From the NCBI GenBank assembly GCA_036172245.1, contig JAYWIR010000034.1, forward strand, positions 2,232,001 through 2,296,000: 64,000 nt of DNA. The letters are read 5' to 3'. Positions 1 through 13,620 of the stretch are shown here, piece after piece; position 1 is the first letter of the stretch, and every line of letters begins with the position of its first letter. The DNA is from Raillietiella orientalis (lineage: Eukaryota). The notes below the pieces were generated by a model. That model ran no database searches. It was not told the DNA's origin and saw only the letters and a list, made by a program, of their open reading frames with translations. The position numbers and the translations under genes are program-made.

Positions 1-69
1 GTACCCTGGAGGGTAAATGGGGCAGCTGGGTCCAATTCTCTGCAGTCTTCCCGAGGGGGACTAATAGGT

Positions 70-3000
70 TTATCACCCAGTCACCCCGGGACGTTTATTA
101 TAAAAAATAAACATACGTGTGTAGGGCAGTCGTCTCCGTATTGTCCGAAAATGCTCGGAACCTTCCGAGTAAGCGGCACGCGGGCCGGAGAGGTTCGCCT
201 CGGAAGCGGGAGGGGAGGGGGGCAAGGGCGCAAACGAAAATGAAAACAAAAACAAAAAAACACTATATACAAAAAATTGGGAGCGTAAGGGAAGGGATTA
301 CTGTCCTCTGGAGGGTCTCATCCCCATCCTTTCCAGAATGCTGGCAAGTTTCCTCAGATATGTCTCGGGCGGGGCCATCTCGGGCTGCCGTTCTCATGAA
401 GCGCAGGGTGAAGCAGATGACGCTCCTAGCGCGCTGTCCTCTTCTCGCGTAGCTCCAGGTCTTCACAATCCCTCGTAGGCAGCAAAGAGCTGCTGGGATC
501 CGGCAGGCGAAAGGGCATCGGGCACGAACAGGTAATTCATCAAGTCCCTAGCATTGTTCGTCAGTGCACCAAGGGGTGTTGCATAACGCAACCACAGGAG
601 CCGGAGGGCAACACAGTCTACAAGCAGGTGCGCGAGGGATTTCCGTTCCCCGTACCTGCAGCGGTTGGGATCCACAGTCCCCCAAGTCCAGTGAGACCAG
701 CGGGCGTTGCACGGGAGACCCCAGTGCAACCGCAGAAGTGCCGACTCCTGCCACTTTAGGGGGAGGACTCGGTTGTTCTTCAGCGCTTATGGCCACTCGA
801 GGTCATTCTGTAAAATTCCCAGCAGCTCACCCTAGCTCAATTGGTCACTTGACGTCGAAGCGTCCATGAGCTAGCCCGTGGTACAACCACCTAATTCCTT
901 CGTCCGAAGACCTATTTCGCAACTCTCTCGTTTGGCAGACTGGTTACTGCCCAATTGCTTCCTGAGGGACAACAGTGCCACGGTTAGGGAGGTTCTTTGC
1001 GCTCATGCGCACGTGGTTGGCTGCATGATGATGTCCTGCAGCGAGCGGTTGCTGTAGAAGGAATGCAGTAGTCGCTGCCGCATCTCCAGGCTCGCTTCTT
1101 TGTTCTTGACTCATGTGAGAACGGTTTGCTGCAACCAGGCACTACCGCTCGCGGTCCGGCAGGGAAGCTACTTCGGGTGTCTTCCTATCGCTTCGAGCGT
1201 ATCTCCACGGAGAGGCGGGATGCCAAACTACCTCTGCGACTGCCTCTCTACGTGAAAGCCCGTCGCGCTCGAAGAAGCGTCGCAGAGCAGGTTCGGGAGC
1301 AACGGAGTCAGCTCCCGTCACCCGAGAGGAGGAGGCTGACTCCAGCGCCTGAGGTTCCCTGAGGACATCAAGCAGCGGGTGCGGGAACAATTCGACAATC
1401 TCGCACCTGGAATAGTTATCCTGGAAACGACCGGAAGCCCAGTGAAGAAAGATCATCACCCGGTTTTTCGTTTTTCCACCTGACAGAGAGGGTCGAAGGA
1501 TCCATGCTAGGGGCAGGGACCACCAGTTTCGCAAGGGACACGTCGAAGAGTCTTCCCCGTCGAAGCAGTCCTTTAGTCGTGACCGTAGCGTGGCAGCGTC
1601 GACCGGCTCGCTTGTGCTCCGGCCGTCTTGGAGTTTGGCCACTCCAGCAATGCTACGGAAGAACCTCCGACCTTGTCGATTAAATGCTGCCGTCGCTTTC
1701 TCTGGGGGAAGGCAGCGTTGCAGCAGGCGGTCTGGGTCTCTTCCTCGGAGTACTGCAGCGGATCTTCCAAGGGGATGCTATGCGGACTCATCAGCTCCTC
1801 AAAAGGGCGAAACGGATTGCACTGGGAGTAGAGGGATGCATGGACAATGACGATCGACTGTGGGCCACATCGAGCGATGCGGCCCACAGTTTGCATCCTA
1901 AGGCAATCGGTAATCGCAATACCCGGTGCACAGCTGACGTCAGCCGTGCTTTTCCAGCGGAGTCATGACAAAGGACAGTCTCTTCCTTGCACGTTCTTCA
2001 CGAGATCGATGCCCGTGGACCCATGGAAGCGGATTGAACAGGAGCTGAGGGAAGCTGGTCAGCCATTCCTCTCATCCCCTAAAGAGCAAAAGCAAATTCC
2101 AATTCTTTTCAAGGAGAAGAGTATTTTTTTTCTTCCTGCCCTTGGAGGGCAAGAGACGTGGCTCAAAAGACAAAACTCCTGCGCCCGCTCTGCCCTGAAT
2201 CATTTTCCGTGAGGTTTCACTTCCGGTTCCCTAAAACAAAACTGAATATTTGATGACTCCAGCTTCGCAGCTTCCTGTCAGCTAACGGTTCGTGCTAGAT
2301 GCACGGTTACAGCATTTTTCATGAGATCTGCTTTCGATGGAACGCGCTCCGCATTTCAGCATCTGGACCTAGAGTCCTTCTTACTCGGGCTGCATTACGA
2401 TGCGAACCTCAGCGCTAACGCGAGGTTCCAGACAGTTTCCGATGCTGTGGAGATGCGGCAAGTCGAGCAGGTTGCCACTTGGCCGAGTACGAGGGAGATG
2501 CAGGATGCCCGCGAGACCGTGTCCCCTTGTCGGTGAGGGGGCGAATTAACTTAATTAAATCATTTCCCATTTTATAGTGAGGTTTACAGCCCTCGTTGGG
2601 CTCCCGACCACGTGATGCAGGCCGTAATGCTCGGGAGTTCATCTTTTACGAGCCACTCTATCCGCAGGCACCGGGAGAGGCCCTTTCGCCGCAAAGCCGG
2701 AGGGGCAGCTCGCACTAGAGGGGAGCGCAGGAGGGGGTCTGCTCCGATGTTTTCGCATGTCGGAGGCTCGAGATCAGTTCCTCTGTGCTCGGAGCGCACC
2801 CCAGGCAACGCGCCTCCCCCACCAGGGGTTCCAGTCGTCCTCTCGAAAGAAAGTGCGGCCATCGGAACGTTCTCCGCGGATGCCCTCCCTGGTGAGGGCC
2901 GCCACCGGCAATGGAAGGGTCGCTCCTTCTCCGCTTCGCTGCCGATCCGGAAGTGCTGATTCGCGGTCGCATCAGCAAGTCCAGTGACCTCTGGCGCGAG

Positions 3001-3200
3001 ACCCCAGCTTCGGAATCCGGACCGCGTCCATCCCCAGAGTCATGTGATCGGAGGGCTCCTCGGAACGCTCGGCCCTCAAAATGAGAACGTGTCTGGCGGT
3101 CGCGTGGAAAAGCGCTCGACAGCGAAGACCCCACCACTTGGGGGCAGGCGTCCCGGTGGTTTCGTAAACGGGATCCAATGATTTCGGGACGAAGGACAGG
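70..3200 (-). mobile_element. Decayed L1/Tx1-like LINE (family A): EN remnant, RT, C-terminal zinc finger, 3' UTR and terminal motif
   Basis: Minus-strand motif remnants in canonical order: VWNLALAL (~2410-2440), NPFRPFEEL (RPISL-like, ~1800), AAFPQRK (Q.GF..GR-like), LKDCFD (motif A, ~1560), then HWGLP...RCRYGERKSLAHLLVDCVALRLLW (zf-RVT, ORF 463..729), a T-rich UTR and the terminal motif at 70-99. The 5' boundary is approximate. Confidence 0.7.
263..796 (-). pseudogene. Frameshifted C-terminal zinc-binding (zf-RVT-like) region of LINE ORF2
   Basis: ORFs 463..729 and 263..466 align by eye with ORF 50912..51412 (WQESALLLLHWGLPCNVRWSHW...CGERKSLPHLLVDCVALRLLW) and with 38970-39450. Confidence 0.8.
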
Positions 3201-3363
3201 TAAATAGATGAAACCAAAAAGAAAATTCACAGGGGTCTCTTCAGCGATAGAATTTGTAGAAGGAATAGTAGATCTATCGAAAAGATTCGGGATTGACACA
3301 AAGGAACGCATGGGGAGAATCTCCTTCTCACACACAGGCATTGCGCCTACTACTCGACCTAAG

Positions 3364-5850
3364 GGGCGACTTGGTCACATTGGGATGTCCATTAAATAAG
3401 CATATATACAAGGAATAGCTTATGTACTGAATACATTGAACGTCGAGACGCAGGTCGGCATAAGAGAACGGGCAAAGCAGAAATTGCAAAAGAAAAACAA
3501 AAAAACAGGCAAATAAATAAATAAATTATAAAGATTGACGGAAGTGGGACAGGAGAGGGCTGAATCACGTCTGTTCGTCCCGCCGTTTTCTCCGCCTGCC
3601 TGCGATGCAGGAGGCCTTCTCTCAGCTCCTGGAGGAGGCGAGGTCATCATGCTGGCGTCCTCGTCACGGAGAGAGAGCTCCAATCGTCTCGCTGCTGCTG
3701 CCTCGCCAGGTGAGGAGGGCGCTCCCGGTGGAGAAAGGTGGCCGCCTCTACTCGCCGCCACCGGCCTTGCAAAAACTGGCAGCCCCACGGCAGATTGGAC
3801 CACGCGTCGCTGGCTCGGGTGCGCAGGGAGTCGGCCCAGCAGGAGTCGGCGCTGATCACATGTGCGTCACGCACATCGTCGCTGTTGGCCAAGGGCTCAC
3901 CTACCAGCGGCACCTCCTCTTGTCGGGCCGAGGGCTTTCTCGCGAGTCGAAACCCGCTGCCCTACACATACGGCACCGGGAGTCTGCGCAACCGAGCCGA
4001 GCCTTCCTGCTCGATTTCCGGCTCCAGGGTATTCAGAGACCTGTGGCCTTCTCGTGAGTTCGAATGTGTAGGCTTGTGCCAGGCCGTGCGCTGACCGGCG
4101 GGTTCAGTAAGTTGCCTGGGATAGACGGCAGCGTCATACTGGTGAACCTCATTCCCAGCTTTACTTCCGCATCTGCGATCTTGTAATCTCCAGCGCGGCG
4201 AGGCGTGGCATTCCCTGATCAAAAATCCACAGGGACCGGAAGGGGAGACGCCGCGCGCTGGATGACACAGGAGGTGGAGCCAATCCTGCACTTCAGAGGG
4301 ATGCAAGACAGCGCATTCAGATTTTCGGATGTGTCCCTGACTCTCGGCTCGATGTCCTCCAGGTCAGGAGCGGCAAAATGAGGTGTCCTATGGTTGCCTC
4401 TGACAACAAATACTGCCTCTATGTGAACCGGTTCCACAGGCTGAAGGGGATAACATCTGGATATTTCTTCAGAGCATCGACTCTAAAGAAGAAATGGTGG
4501 CGGATGTGGACGGGGAAATTTTCGGAAATGACGTCGTAATCTCGCAAGGAGAGAACGAAAGAATGCACAGGACATAGAGATGGTGAGGATGGCAAAAAGG
4601 GACCAGACCCTCTACTATGCGTGCTCCCTGAGTTTACTCAGTGGACTGAGCAGGTTCGCGCACGTTTCTGAAATTTCCTGCTCTTTCAGATCTCCATCGT
4701 GCTTGGGGCACCAGGATTCCAGTGACCGGAGGCGTTCGCTTCAGTTGGCTCTAGGCCTTTTGAAAGCGAAAGGGAGAGTCCATGGTCACCAAGTATTTTT
4801 TCTTTCCTTTCTTTCTGGCCTCTCCTCGAACGCTGGCCAGAACGCCTTTAAATGGTCAGCATGCGTTCCTCATGATGCCCTGCATACGACGAGCCCACCT
4901 AGCAACGACAACTCCAAGCAATTTTATTGTTCCCTGGATCGAATCACCCATGTATCCCCCATGTCACCGCCTTCTCGACGCAACAGATAAGTCGTCGTGC
5001 CTTCTGGTCTGCTGTTGAGGGCGCGTCCCTCAAATGGTGTGTGGAATCCGCAGCAGCGTCCTTATCCCAATTCTGCCATCTGTGGCAAGATCGATCTTCC
5101 ATCTGCTGCCTGCCGACTGAACTCATCTGCATCAGAAATTCATTCGAAGCCACCCACGGTTCCATCCCAAGCAGCGAAACCACACGTCGAGGATGGATCC
5201 CAATTCCGAGGGAGGTGTGGTCAAAGCTTCTCGGATGGCTTCCAGCCACCTGAAGAGCACACAGCAGAAGGGTCTTCCCGTTTGGAGCGTTCGCATTTCC
5301 AGCAGAAAGAAGTTTCGGATGCTGCAAAGTAGCTGTGAACGCGTCGGCTGCTACTCTTTTTTCAAGAAGAACAGTCTGCACGAGGGAAAGGGCTCTGGTG
5401 CCCTGTAGCGGCAAGGAATTCAAGAGGTCAGGGAAAGCTGAGCGTTCCCGGTGACAGCCGTGAGGATGTCGTCCATCGTACTGGAAGAAGTCTAGGAGTG
5501 AACGTGGCAGCAGCCACCAGATCTGCTTCACAGAAGAGGTCGATTCCTACCGGTGCAGCGTGCAGGAATGCTCTTGCTAGAAAAGAACGGAAGAAAGTCA
5601 ACCCATCTCCTTCTCTGCCCTTGCACCGTAGGGCATCTGGGACTCTCATGTAGGTGTTCAAACCTGAAATAGCCGCAGGATCGGTGCTTTGAAAATCAAA
5701 GTGGAGCCTTCGGGAAGAAGCGAAAGGCGGCATGACAATCAGCGTCAACCTTCACAAGAAACGAGTGTCAACCGAGCCATCACGACCGATAACTATGGTA
5801 ACCGGAAATAAGGTGCTCTGCAAACCGAGATTTCAGGAGCCACCTCACTT
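3364..5850 (-). mobile_element. Decayed LINE ORF2 remnant (different subfamily) with 3' end
   Basis: SFDHTSL (endonuclease SDH-like) in ORF 4944..5531; zf-like LRRLPVP...RCRW.GE...H near 3860-3990; T-rich UTR at 3480-3530; degenerate terminal motif at 3364-3393. Confidence 0.5.
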
Positions 5851-6000
5851 TGACATGATCCTTGGATTTTCAATTCAAGCGCCAATCTAAGTGACTGCTG
5901 ATTTAAATCAAATAATGGGTACAGTACTGAATGGGAAGATTTTAAAAGATATGATTTCGATTCAGTTGGTCCAGAACAAGGACCTATTCGTGTTTAATCG

Positions 6001-6039
6001 TTCTAAAAGTTCGACAATCCCATTATCGAACTTTTAGAA
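6001..6039. repeat. Perfect 14-bp inverted repeat with 11-nt spacer
   Basis: TTCTAAAAGTTCGA-caatcccatta-TCGAACTTTTAGAA read directly. Confidence 0.9.
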
Positions 6040-7199
6040 TTCAATTGCAAACTTTGTTTCCTTGGATGGAAATCAGTTTTCTGGTTGGAATTTTAACAAC
6101 GTGTTCTTTTTTTTTTTTAAAAAAAAGCTCATTTTCGGTTATTTGAGATACACTTGTCACACATTTCAGGTGTGCATCTCTTCTGACTCTGGAGCACCCC
6201 CTGCGATTTCAAAATGGTGGATCCCAAGACGGAGAGCATGTTTGCAGCTTCCAAGCATGCTTGCGTTCAAAAGATTGAAGATAAGGTCGTTTCCTGTTTC
6301 CTTTGCACACCGTTGCAGTCGGTGCAGCGTACACGTACACAAAAAAGCATCCTTTCACATGTGTTACCAAGAGGCTGTAAGGGCGTCGGTGGTTTCCTGT
6401 GCCATCCTTTCATTTCATTCTCTCCCAGGTTTTCCCTTCGTAGCTTTAGAGGCCAACACGTTCTCCTTTCTATTCGAATAGTCAACGCCAGTAATTAAGC
6501 GCGCACACACACACATACATTGACACATACTGCCAGCAAAACTCCTAGAAAATAGCAAAGTCGGTGGCAAGGGGGCAGTAGATAGAGCAGCAACGGCGTT
6601 GCTGCTGGTGACCGAAGCCGTCTCGGAAGTAAGCAACAGTAAAGAGAACCTATTCTCCAGAGAGCATCGAATTTTGAGTGTGTGTAGAGCGAGCACAGAC
6701 ACCCTCAATACACAAACACTGCAACCGTAACAGGAGTGTCATTGCTCTGCGTCGGATCCCCGCCGTGTTAGGATTTTATCCTTAAAGCTAACAGAAAGTG
6801 GTTTGGATGGTTTTCTTCGCCTCGAGACAAAGGACCACATTTTCCAGTCCCCGCAGAACGTCATTTGCCGCTTTCCGCCACTTTGACATCAAGATGAATC
6901 GATGTTTGTAGTTGTGGGTCTCAGTATCCCTAATGTCATGCCATTGATGTATTATGGAACTCATTCGCAAGGTGCACTCGCTTTTCTACTGCACCCGATT
7001 GCCTATAAACCAGATTCTACCTCTGCTCATCTTAAGAGACGAGTCTATAAGATTAGCCTATTTGTTATGTGCACCTGCTTTTGCGCACTGGAAGATCCAG
7101 GACGCGAGCAGCCATCGAAGCGCAGAAAATGCTTTCGGTCTTTTGATGCGGCACCCCTCTTGCCACAAGTAAAGCCAGAACCCATCATATGATTAAAAC

Positions 7200-7950
7200 T
7201 TGTGCCTCCAAAGTCTAAGAATAATTTCCGAGGGGAATGAGTTTTCTTTTTCCAGTTTTGAAGTGGTGAGGCTTTCTGAAGAGTTGGGAAAGAAGGAGAG
7301 AAGTCCACTCCATCCCGCTGATGCTGCAGTGCGGCGAAGAAGGCATGGAGCTCTCAAGAAGGATTCCCAGCTACGGGTTTTTCCAGAAGCGGGAGTCCCG
7401 ATTTCCTCTTGCAGCGCAGGGGAAATGAGACTCAAAGGAGAGGAATCTTCCGACGTGGGGGATGCTGAAACGCCGGGAAGACATGGAAAGGAATCAGAAG
7501 CACCGAACTGTGCCACCAGGAACCCAAGGCCATCCGATCTGCGTGAGACAAAATCGGAGGAGCGTGGATTTCTTTATTACGCCCAGTTCTTCTTGACCTG
7601 CTTCCAAGAAACGGGTTGAGCAGCGCGAGGCTGTTAATTTTCGTTCGGGATGGCCGCTGACCTTTTGCAACGGTTTCAAACTCTGGGAAGCAAATGACCA
7701 GCGAAACTTGAGTGGCTCAAGCTGTCCCTTGAGTTGCCCATCAGCAAAGGGATTCAGCGTATGTTCCCCGGATGGTTGCGAGGTGATGCTCAATCTTCTC
7801 AGAGGCCGAATCAGAAACCAAGCTTTTCAGGAAATCAATTTGCGCCGATGAATCCACTTTTTATAGGAGCTAAAGAAATGCTAAGAGGCAAGACTGAAAC
7901 GAAATTTTTGATGAAGATCGTCTCGAGGGACCAAGACGAGAAAAATATAT
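7200..7950 (+). pseudogene. LINE RT N-terminal fragment
   Basis: VPPGTQGHP (KAPGPDG-like, ~7510), GWPLTFCNGFKL (WRPITLLN.DYK-like, ~7650), AYVPR (~7760). Confidence 0.35.
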
Positions 7951-8099
7951 AAACCATCTGATCATAAACCCACTAGGAGTGGGGAAGACAATAAAGTTTT
8001 CAATACAAAAACGGTGCATGCTTGATTGCAGGGAACACCGAACCACTGGATTTTACTGTTTATTTTACTGATTGTACTTTTTACTGCTCGACTAGAATT

Positions 8100-10700
8100 G
8101 GAATAAATTTTTCATCTTCCGTAACAGCCAGAAAGGTTCAGAGAAGCAGTCCAAATAATTTAGCAGCTCGGCCAAATTGTGATTCTTTTTGTACACCAAA
8201 AGGTGCATTCAGAAAACACTCTCCTAGCCGGCACCGGATTAAATTTGCATAGCTGGAGTCCTGGCAGAAATCACCCGGCTGCATCCAAGCCGGCGATGCT
8301 CACAGTACTTCTCGAGAACTTTCTCCTGAAACGTGAGTTTTTTTTCCCCCTCCTTGTCCCCCTCTCCCAGAAAGCCTTCCTGGGCACCAGCTGCAAGGTC
8401 ATTCTGAGCACCTTCAGCAATCTCCAAGGAGCTTCCACACACGCAACTGCTTTGAAGACGCCGACATTTCAGTTCGTGGGAGGAGGGACGTTTCAGGAAA
8501 AGGTCGGAATTCGGGGAAAAGGAAGATTTTAAAATGCACCGAAACCTCGCAAATCGTCGGCAATTCTCATTGGTTCGCAAGAAGCGCAGAAGACAGCTGA
8601 TCTTTGAGTGAGCTGGAAGCAGCTTCGTTCGGGGGATGGAGCAGCATGACCTGCATGGTCAACCGGCAACTGGTAAGGATGCGCTTTGGGCTACAAACTC
8701 AAACGAGTTCTGCCGCGAAAAGAAGTCTCCAGCTTCCATCGCAAACCTTCCAGGCAGAGAAAAATGGCGCGTCTCCGGCAATGATGCCACAGTCATTGAA
8801 GAACGCTCTTTGCGGCTGGTTGCTCATTCTCAAACACGAGCGAAAAAAATCTTCCGGAAATGCTCCTCCCATGATTTGTGGAAAACGTCTTTCTCTTTGA
8901 TGGCATCCACAGTCAAAGATTCCATAGTGTAAGGATTACCGAACGAGTGGTCACTCGTTTTCAAAGTGCTGGTAGTTTCTTGAGGATAGGGAGCTGTGAC
9001 CCCACAATCCAACAGTTAATACGCAGAGTTAGTGCGCGAGTGTTCCTTGCAATGGAAATCGCAAAGAGGTGATGGAAACGCCCTGGCAACGCAATGTGAC
9101 AAGCACATTGCTACCTTGTTTGGTTGGGTTCTTGTGACCTGCTTTCGGAGCATACCGGACCAGTGCTTGTACTTCCCAGAGAGTGCTATCGGCTGGCCTG
9201 CTTACCTCTGGAGCTGATAAGAAAGGATGAAAATTTTTAGCGGCTAATAAGCTGTCGAAGAAGAGGCCTGATGCAGCACTCGAAACGTCATCTCCTAAGG
9301 GCAGGGCAGCGACCGTCCCTTGCCAACGCACATCCGCAAAACTTGTACCCGAACCGGGACATTTAGACAGCTCACGAGAGACAACGCGTCACGCTGCACT
9401 TGCTCATCGTGGTTCTCTCTTCTGCCCACCGTGTGTGATTCAGCATCGAGGGTTCTGCATCAGCAGATCTCAGTGCCGCAATTCTTCCTGCAATGCTCAG
9501 TCTTCCCGCATTGCTTCCTGAAATAGCTGAGCTCCTCGGGAACTGGAGGACAATCCTGACTTTGCAGGGTCGAACCGGTGCGCTTGGCCATGGAGGCTCA
9601 GCATCCGCAAGCAGTGAGGGGAAATTCTTCCCTGCACTGGAGCACAGGAAGCGCAAAGCACGCTCCTGATTTCCAGCGGCACCGTGGAGGTTTCCAGAGC
9701 CTACGAGTCCGTCCTAGTCACCTGCCGTCCCAGAAACCTGCATGGTCCTGCAACCTCCTCACTAAAGGCACCCGATAAATGATGGCTGCCCTGAAATCGA
9801 TGCTGACATCTACAGTTTTCGCCAGCAGTTTGCACGGTGGCTTGTTTGCGGTTTGGCTTCTTGAACTTCTTCCGCTTATCAAATTAAGAAGAATCGCTTG
9901 CCTTCAGGAAGAAATCGCACGTTCCGGACACGAAGAGAACGAAAAATATTAACAGGCGAAATTCTTTCGGTGGCTTGGAGCACTCTCGCGAGACGAGCAA
10001 CGCCCATCGGCGAAGGAAGGGGGGCAAAGGCGAACCAGGAAGGAAAGCCACTGCAGCGCATGCAGCCTTTCGGTCCGAAGCGAACAACCTGTTCCTCTCT
10101 TCATGATCTCGTCATTTTGATGCCTCTCTCGCCTGCCAACAAGATCGTGGGCAGCTTTCAAGGGCTCCGATGCATCGTCTTCGGTTCCCTCCAGGTCAGG
10201 TCTCCTTCGGTTTTGCTCGAGCGAAGGCAGATGCCATCCTAACGAAAATGCGTTTAGGAGATGTTTTCGCAGCTTCCTCTTTGCCATCACAGGAAGCTGA
10301 TTTCTTTCGAATTTCCCAGCATCCTTCGAACAAGACTAGGGAAGGATGCATTCTTTGATAGGCAAGAACCTTTGCGACCAGGAGGCAGCCACACAGCTGC
10401 AGCACGAGAACTGGAGAGGACGGTGTGATAAGACGCTTTCGTCAGGGTATTCCGTGTTTCTTGCAGTCGGTATGAGAAGAAAGTTTATCTCTGGCGTGAG
10501 GGCATTGCAGAAAGAGAGCTCTTGGCAATCCCTCGTTCAAAAGCACCTCAGTCAAGGGAGAGCCATGTAGCGTGTGAGCATGCACCACGCCTCAAGCTTC
10601 CTCCTCACCAATGGGAAGTACCTGTGGTTCCAGGTTTACAGATTCATCCATGCAGCCCGGCTGCTGGGCCAGAAAATGCTCATTTTGGCTCTGCTGGAAG
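8100..10700 (-). mobile_element. Decayed LINE 5' half (ORF1 knuckle, endonuclease, start of RT)
   Basis: Cys/His knuckle-like stretch ~9770-9820; ALQE (~9490); LFFDSLL; LRINCWIV (SRID-like, ~9010); KTSDHS (ORF 8830..9012); QEGFLG (ORF 8239..8580). Confidence 0.5.
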
Positions 10701-11099
10701 AAAGACGAAACCTTACTTCATATCCTCTTGCACCTTGAACTAGTGCAAGAGGCACTCTCATCTGTTCATCGAGCGACATAACGCTATCCAAGAAATGATC
10801 AGAGTGGCCGTAGCGGATGAAGCAAAGTGGACCCTGGTGTCAACAAACCAGAGAGCTCCAGGAATGGAATCCTTCTTGGGACCAGACTTAGTAGTGAAGA
10901 AAGGATATCGAACAACAGAGTTGGACGTATGAAACTGCAAGAAACGGTGAATTCCCCGGCGAATAGAAGATGAGCAGCTGGGAACTACTCAAAGCAGCGG
11001 CCCGCTCCGGATGACACCTGAAAATGTAAAGGGGATGTTTCAACATTGATGGGGAACATTGATCGTAAGATGGCCAAAGCAGCAGCTACCCTACATTGA

Positions 11100-12500
11100 A
11101 AGGAAGGAACCAGAAAATCGCGCAGAGGAGTTTCTAACGTAAATATGTAGGATGAGGAAATCTCTGCATGGGACTCGAGTGAATTTTGAAGTCATTCCAG
11201 TCCAAATAAGAGGTGAAGATCGAAACAGGAGACGGAGACTTACGAGGATCCTTGTTGCTATCAACGGCAAGGGAAGCTTCCAAAGCAAGCTTCCAAGGAA
11301 GGAAGGAAACACGGAGGTACTGGAGACGAAAACAGAAGGCCTCGCATAGGATTCAGGTGCTTAATCCACCACACAGATCTTGGGATCAGGAACTCGAAGG
11401 AATCCACATGATGGAAATGGCAGTTCTGCCTGAATTCGAGCACAGATCTGATCAGAGAAAACGGACTGGAAATCTGGTAAACCTCAAGGTCTGGCGATGC
11501 AACTTACGCAAGCACTCGCGCTTATCGAAAGTTCACGTCACAGCCTGCAGCTTGGTTTGCAGCACGGAACAATTCCTTCCTCCGATGGTGTCGAGAGAAC
11601 TCGCGCACCATCATGAAAATGCTGGATGTTGGCGAGGCGCACCGAACTTTCGCATCGTTCATGTGGTGAGGATGTGGAACCAGCTTCCAGAGGGGTTAGT
11701 GGTCAAAGGCTGTCGGCGACGGGTTGCATAGGAAGTTTCATGAACCACACCAGCCTACCACACGAAACGCAAGACGGGAGACGGGCATCTGTGAAAAACG
11801 CTCACGCACCATGCAGCTTCCACAAATTTCTCAAGTTCAGTGAAGAGTTGGTCTCTTCATGGGCGCTGGCATCCTCTGTCTATAGAAATATCTGCTGACG
11901 AAAAAAAAAAAACGTACCTGGACGCACCCACTTGGTCGAAAACAGACACTTCAAGGAAAACAAACATTCGGAGCTGTTGTTTTAAATTTTCGAAACACGA
12001 AGATGCATGCTCGGATTTTTCGATTCTTAAAGAGAGACGAACGCTTTTAAGACAATTCCTCAGGGTTATGAAGACTGTTGGTGAGGGCCAAAGCGCAGAC
12101 TGATCACTCGAAAGCCAGAAAGGAGCTGAATCAATTCTTGGCTGAGCTGAAGGAGACTTCAGGAAGCATAAAAGACTTCTCTAAGACTTTCTCATGCACC
12201 GGTGTTTTGTGCTACTTCTGCACTTTCTGCAGCAGACATTGCACGGTTCCCTTTCGTCACTGCTCAATTGAAATGCTTCACAAGCACTCTGGAAACCACG
12301 AATGGACAGAAGTTCTGTCTGTACGATTCTCGAAGTCACAGCTTTGTGGATTTTAGTTTTTCACACGGGATCTTGAACGAGCATTTTACGCGTTGGGATG
12401 TACGAGAGATTCCATGTGTTGGGAGAACCGCGCCATCTCTCGGCGTTCGCTGTTAGCAAATGGCTTCAAGTTTCCTCCGACGTTCTGCTAGAATCGCAGC
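11100..12500 (+). mobile_element. Decayed LINE ORF1/endonuclease remnant
   Basis: SRGVSG and VKNAHAP...FLKF (SRGVA and NVYAP..FF endonuclease motifs) in ORF 11626..11898. Confidence 0.4.
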
Positions 12501-12559
12501 TAGAATTCCTCCAGAGATCCGTCGTGGTGCAAGTCTTTTGAGTACTACATGTACAGCAT

Positions 12560-13620
12560 TTTCCAGGTGAAATGATTGGCAATTTTTTTAATGTCTCCAT
12601 ATGTGAGATTATAGTATGGAAGAGGGGGGGGGGGAAATACATGATCCAAGAGCTGCTTTCTGCTATGAAAGAAAGAAGGAATTCGTTTCATACTTTGGAA
12701 AAGTCCAGCGCGTCAGTGGGATTGCCTGACCAAACCAAAGAAAACAAAGTGATGCAAGTTTAGCAATGATGTGCAACGATACAAACCTGGGAGGAGAGTC
12801 CATCCGAACTTGGGCATGGAACCAAATACCAAAGAACTCGGACCTGGACTTTCGTTTCATCTATCTTTATTTGGTATCTATCTTTCCTGTGAGTCTTGCG
12901 GCTTCTGATCTTATAGAAAATTACCAGAAAGATTTCACCAGAGAGTTGCTTTTGAAACTCAGGAGCATCAGCAGCCCAAGGATCGCATCACCTGCACATG
13001 GTAGTTTGAATACCAAGGTGATGAACAAAAGGTGATCTCTAGTATTGAACTCATTGGAACTGGAATTTTTCTCAGATGTGTTCGCTGTTTCTAATAGAAT
13101 TAGCAAACAAATCAGATTTTTCATTCTATAATTCTTTGACTGGCATAAATGACATTAATTAATTTTTGGTGTTCTAAATCCATAGGTAGTACTCTGTTCG
13201 ATAACGAGATTTCACGGAATATTCGGAGCTGAAATATTTTGAAATTTGCTCGAGAGTACAGTGCTTCGGAAAAAAGGTTCAAATTTGCGTCTGTTTATAA
13301 AAAGGGTATTTGCGAATGAAAATGCGTACGTAAGTTGCACAAAAATATTTATTGTGGCTAAATATTTCCTGCTACTTCCACTGAAAAAACTTCCCATCCG
13401 ATACCCTATCGGGATTCATACGAACTTTCTAAGGAAACTAGTTGATCAGTTAGCAAATAGAGGGCAAACCACCTTTACATCGGAACGAACAGTTTTTTCT
13501 TTTTGTAAGAATTTCAGCATTTCCCTTCGCTTTTTCAAGAGAATCGCAAGCATTCGGTGACAGAAAGCTCCTGAAAATCATAAAACTGCTACTTACAATA
13601 ACTGATCAAGAATTACTCTC
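12560..13620 (-). pseudogene. AT-rich non-LTR RT remnant, apparently a different clade from the GC-rich LINEs
   Basis: Ordered remnants IGYRMGS (GFR.GRS), LFINRRKFEPF (FID.KKAFD), LPCAGDAIL (FADD-like) and EFFGIWF (YLG-like) across ORFs 13212..13397, 12921..13124 and 12663..12860; visibly lower GC than the flanks. Confidence 0.45.
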
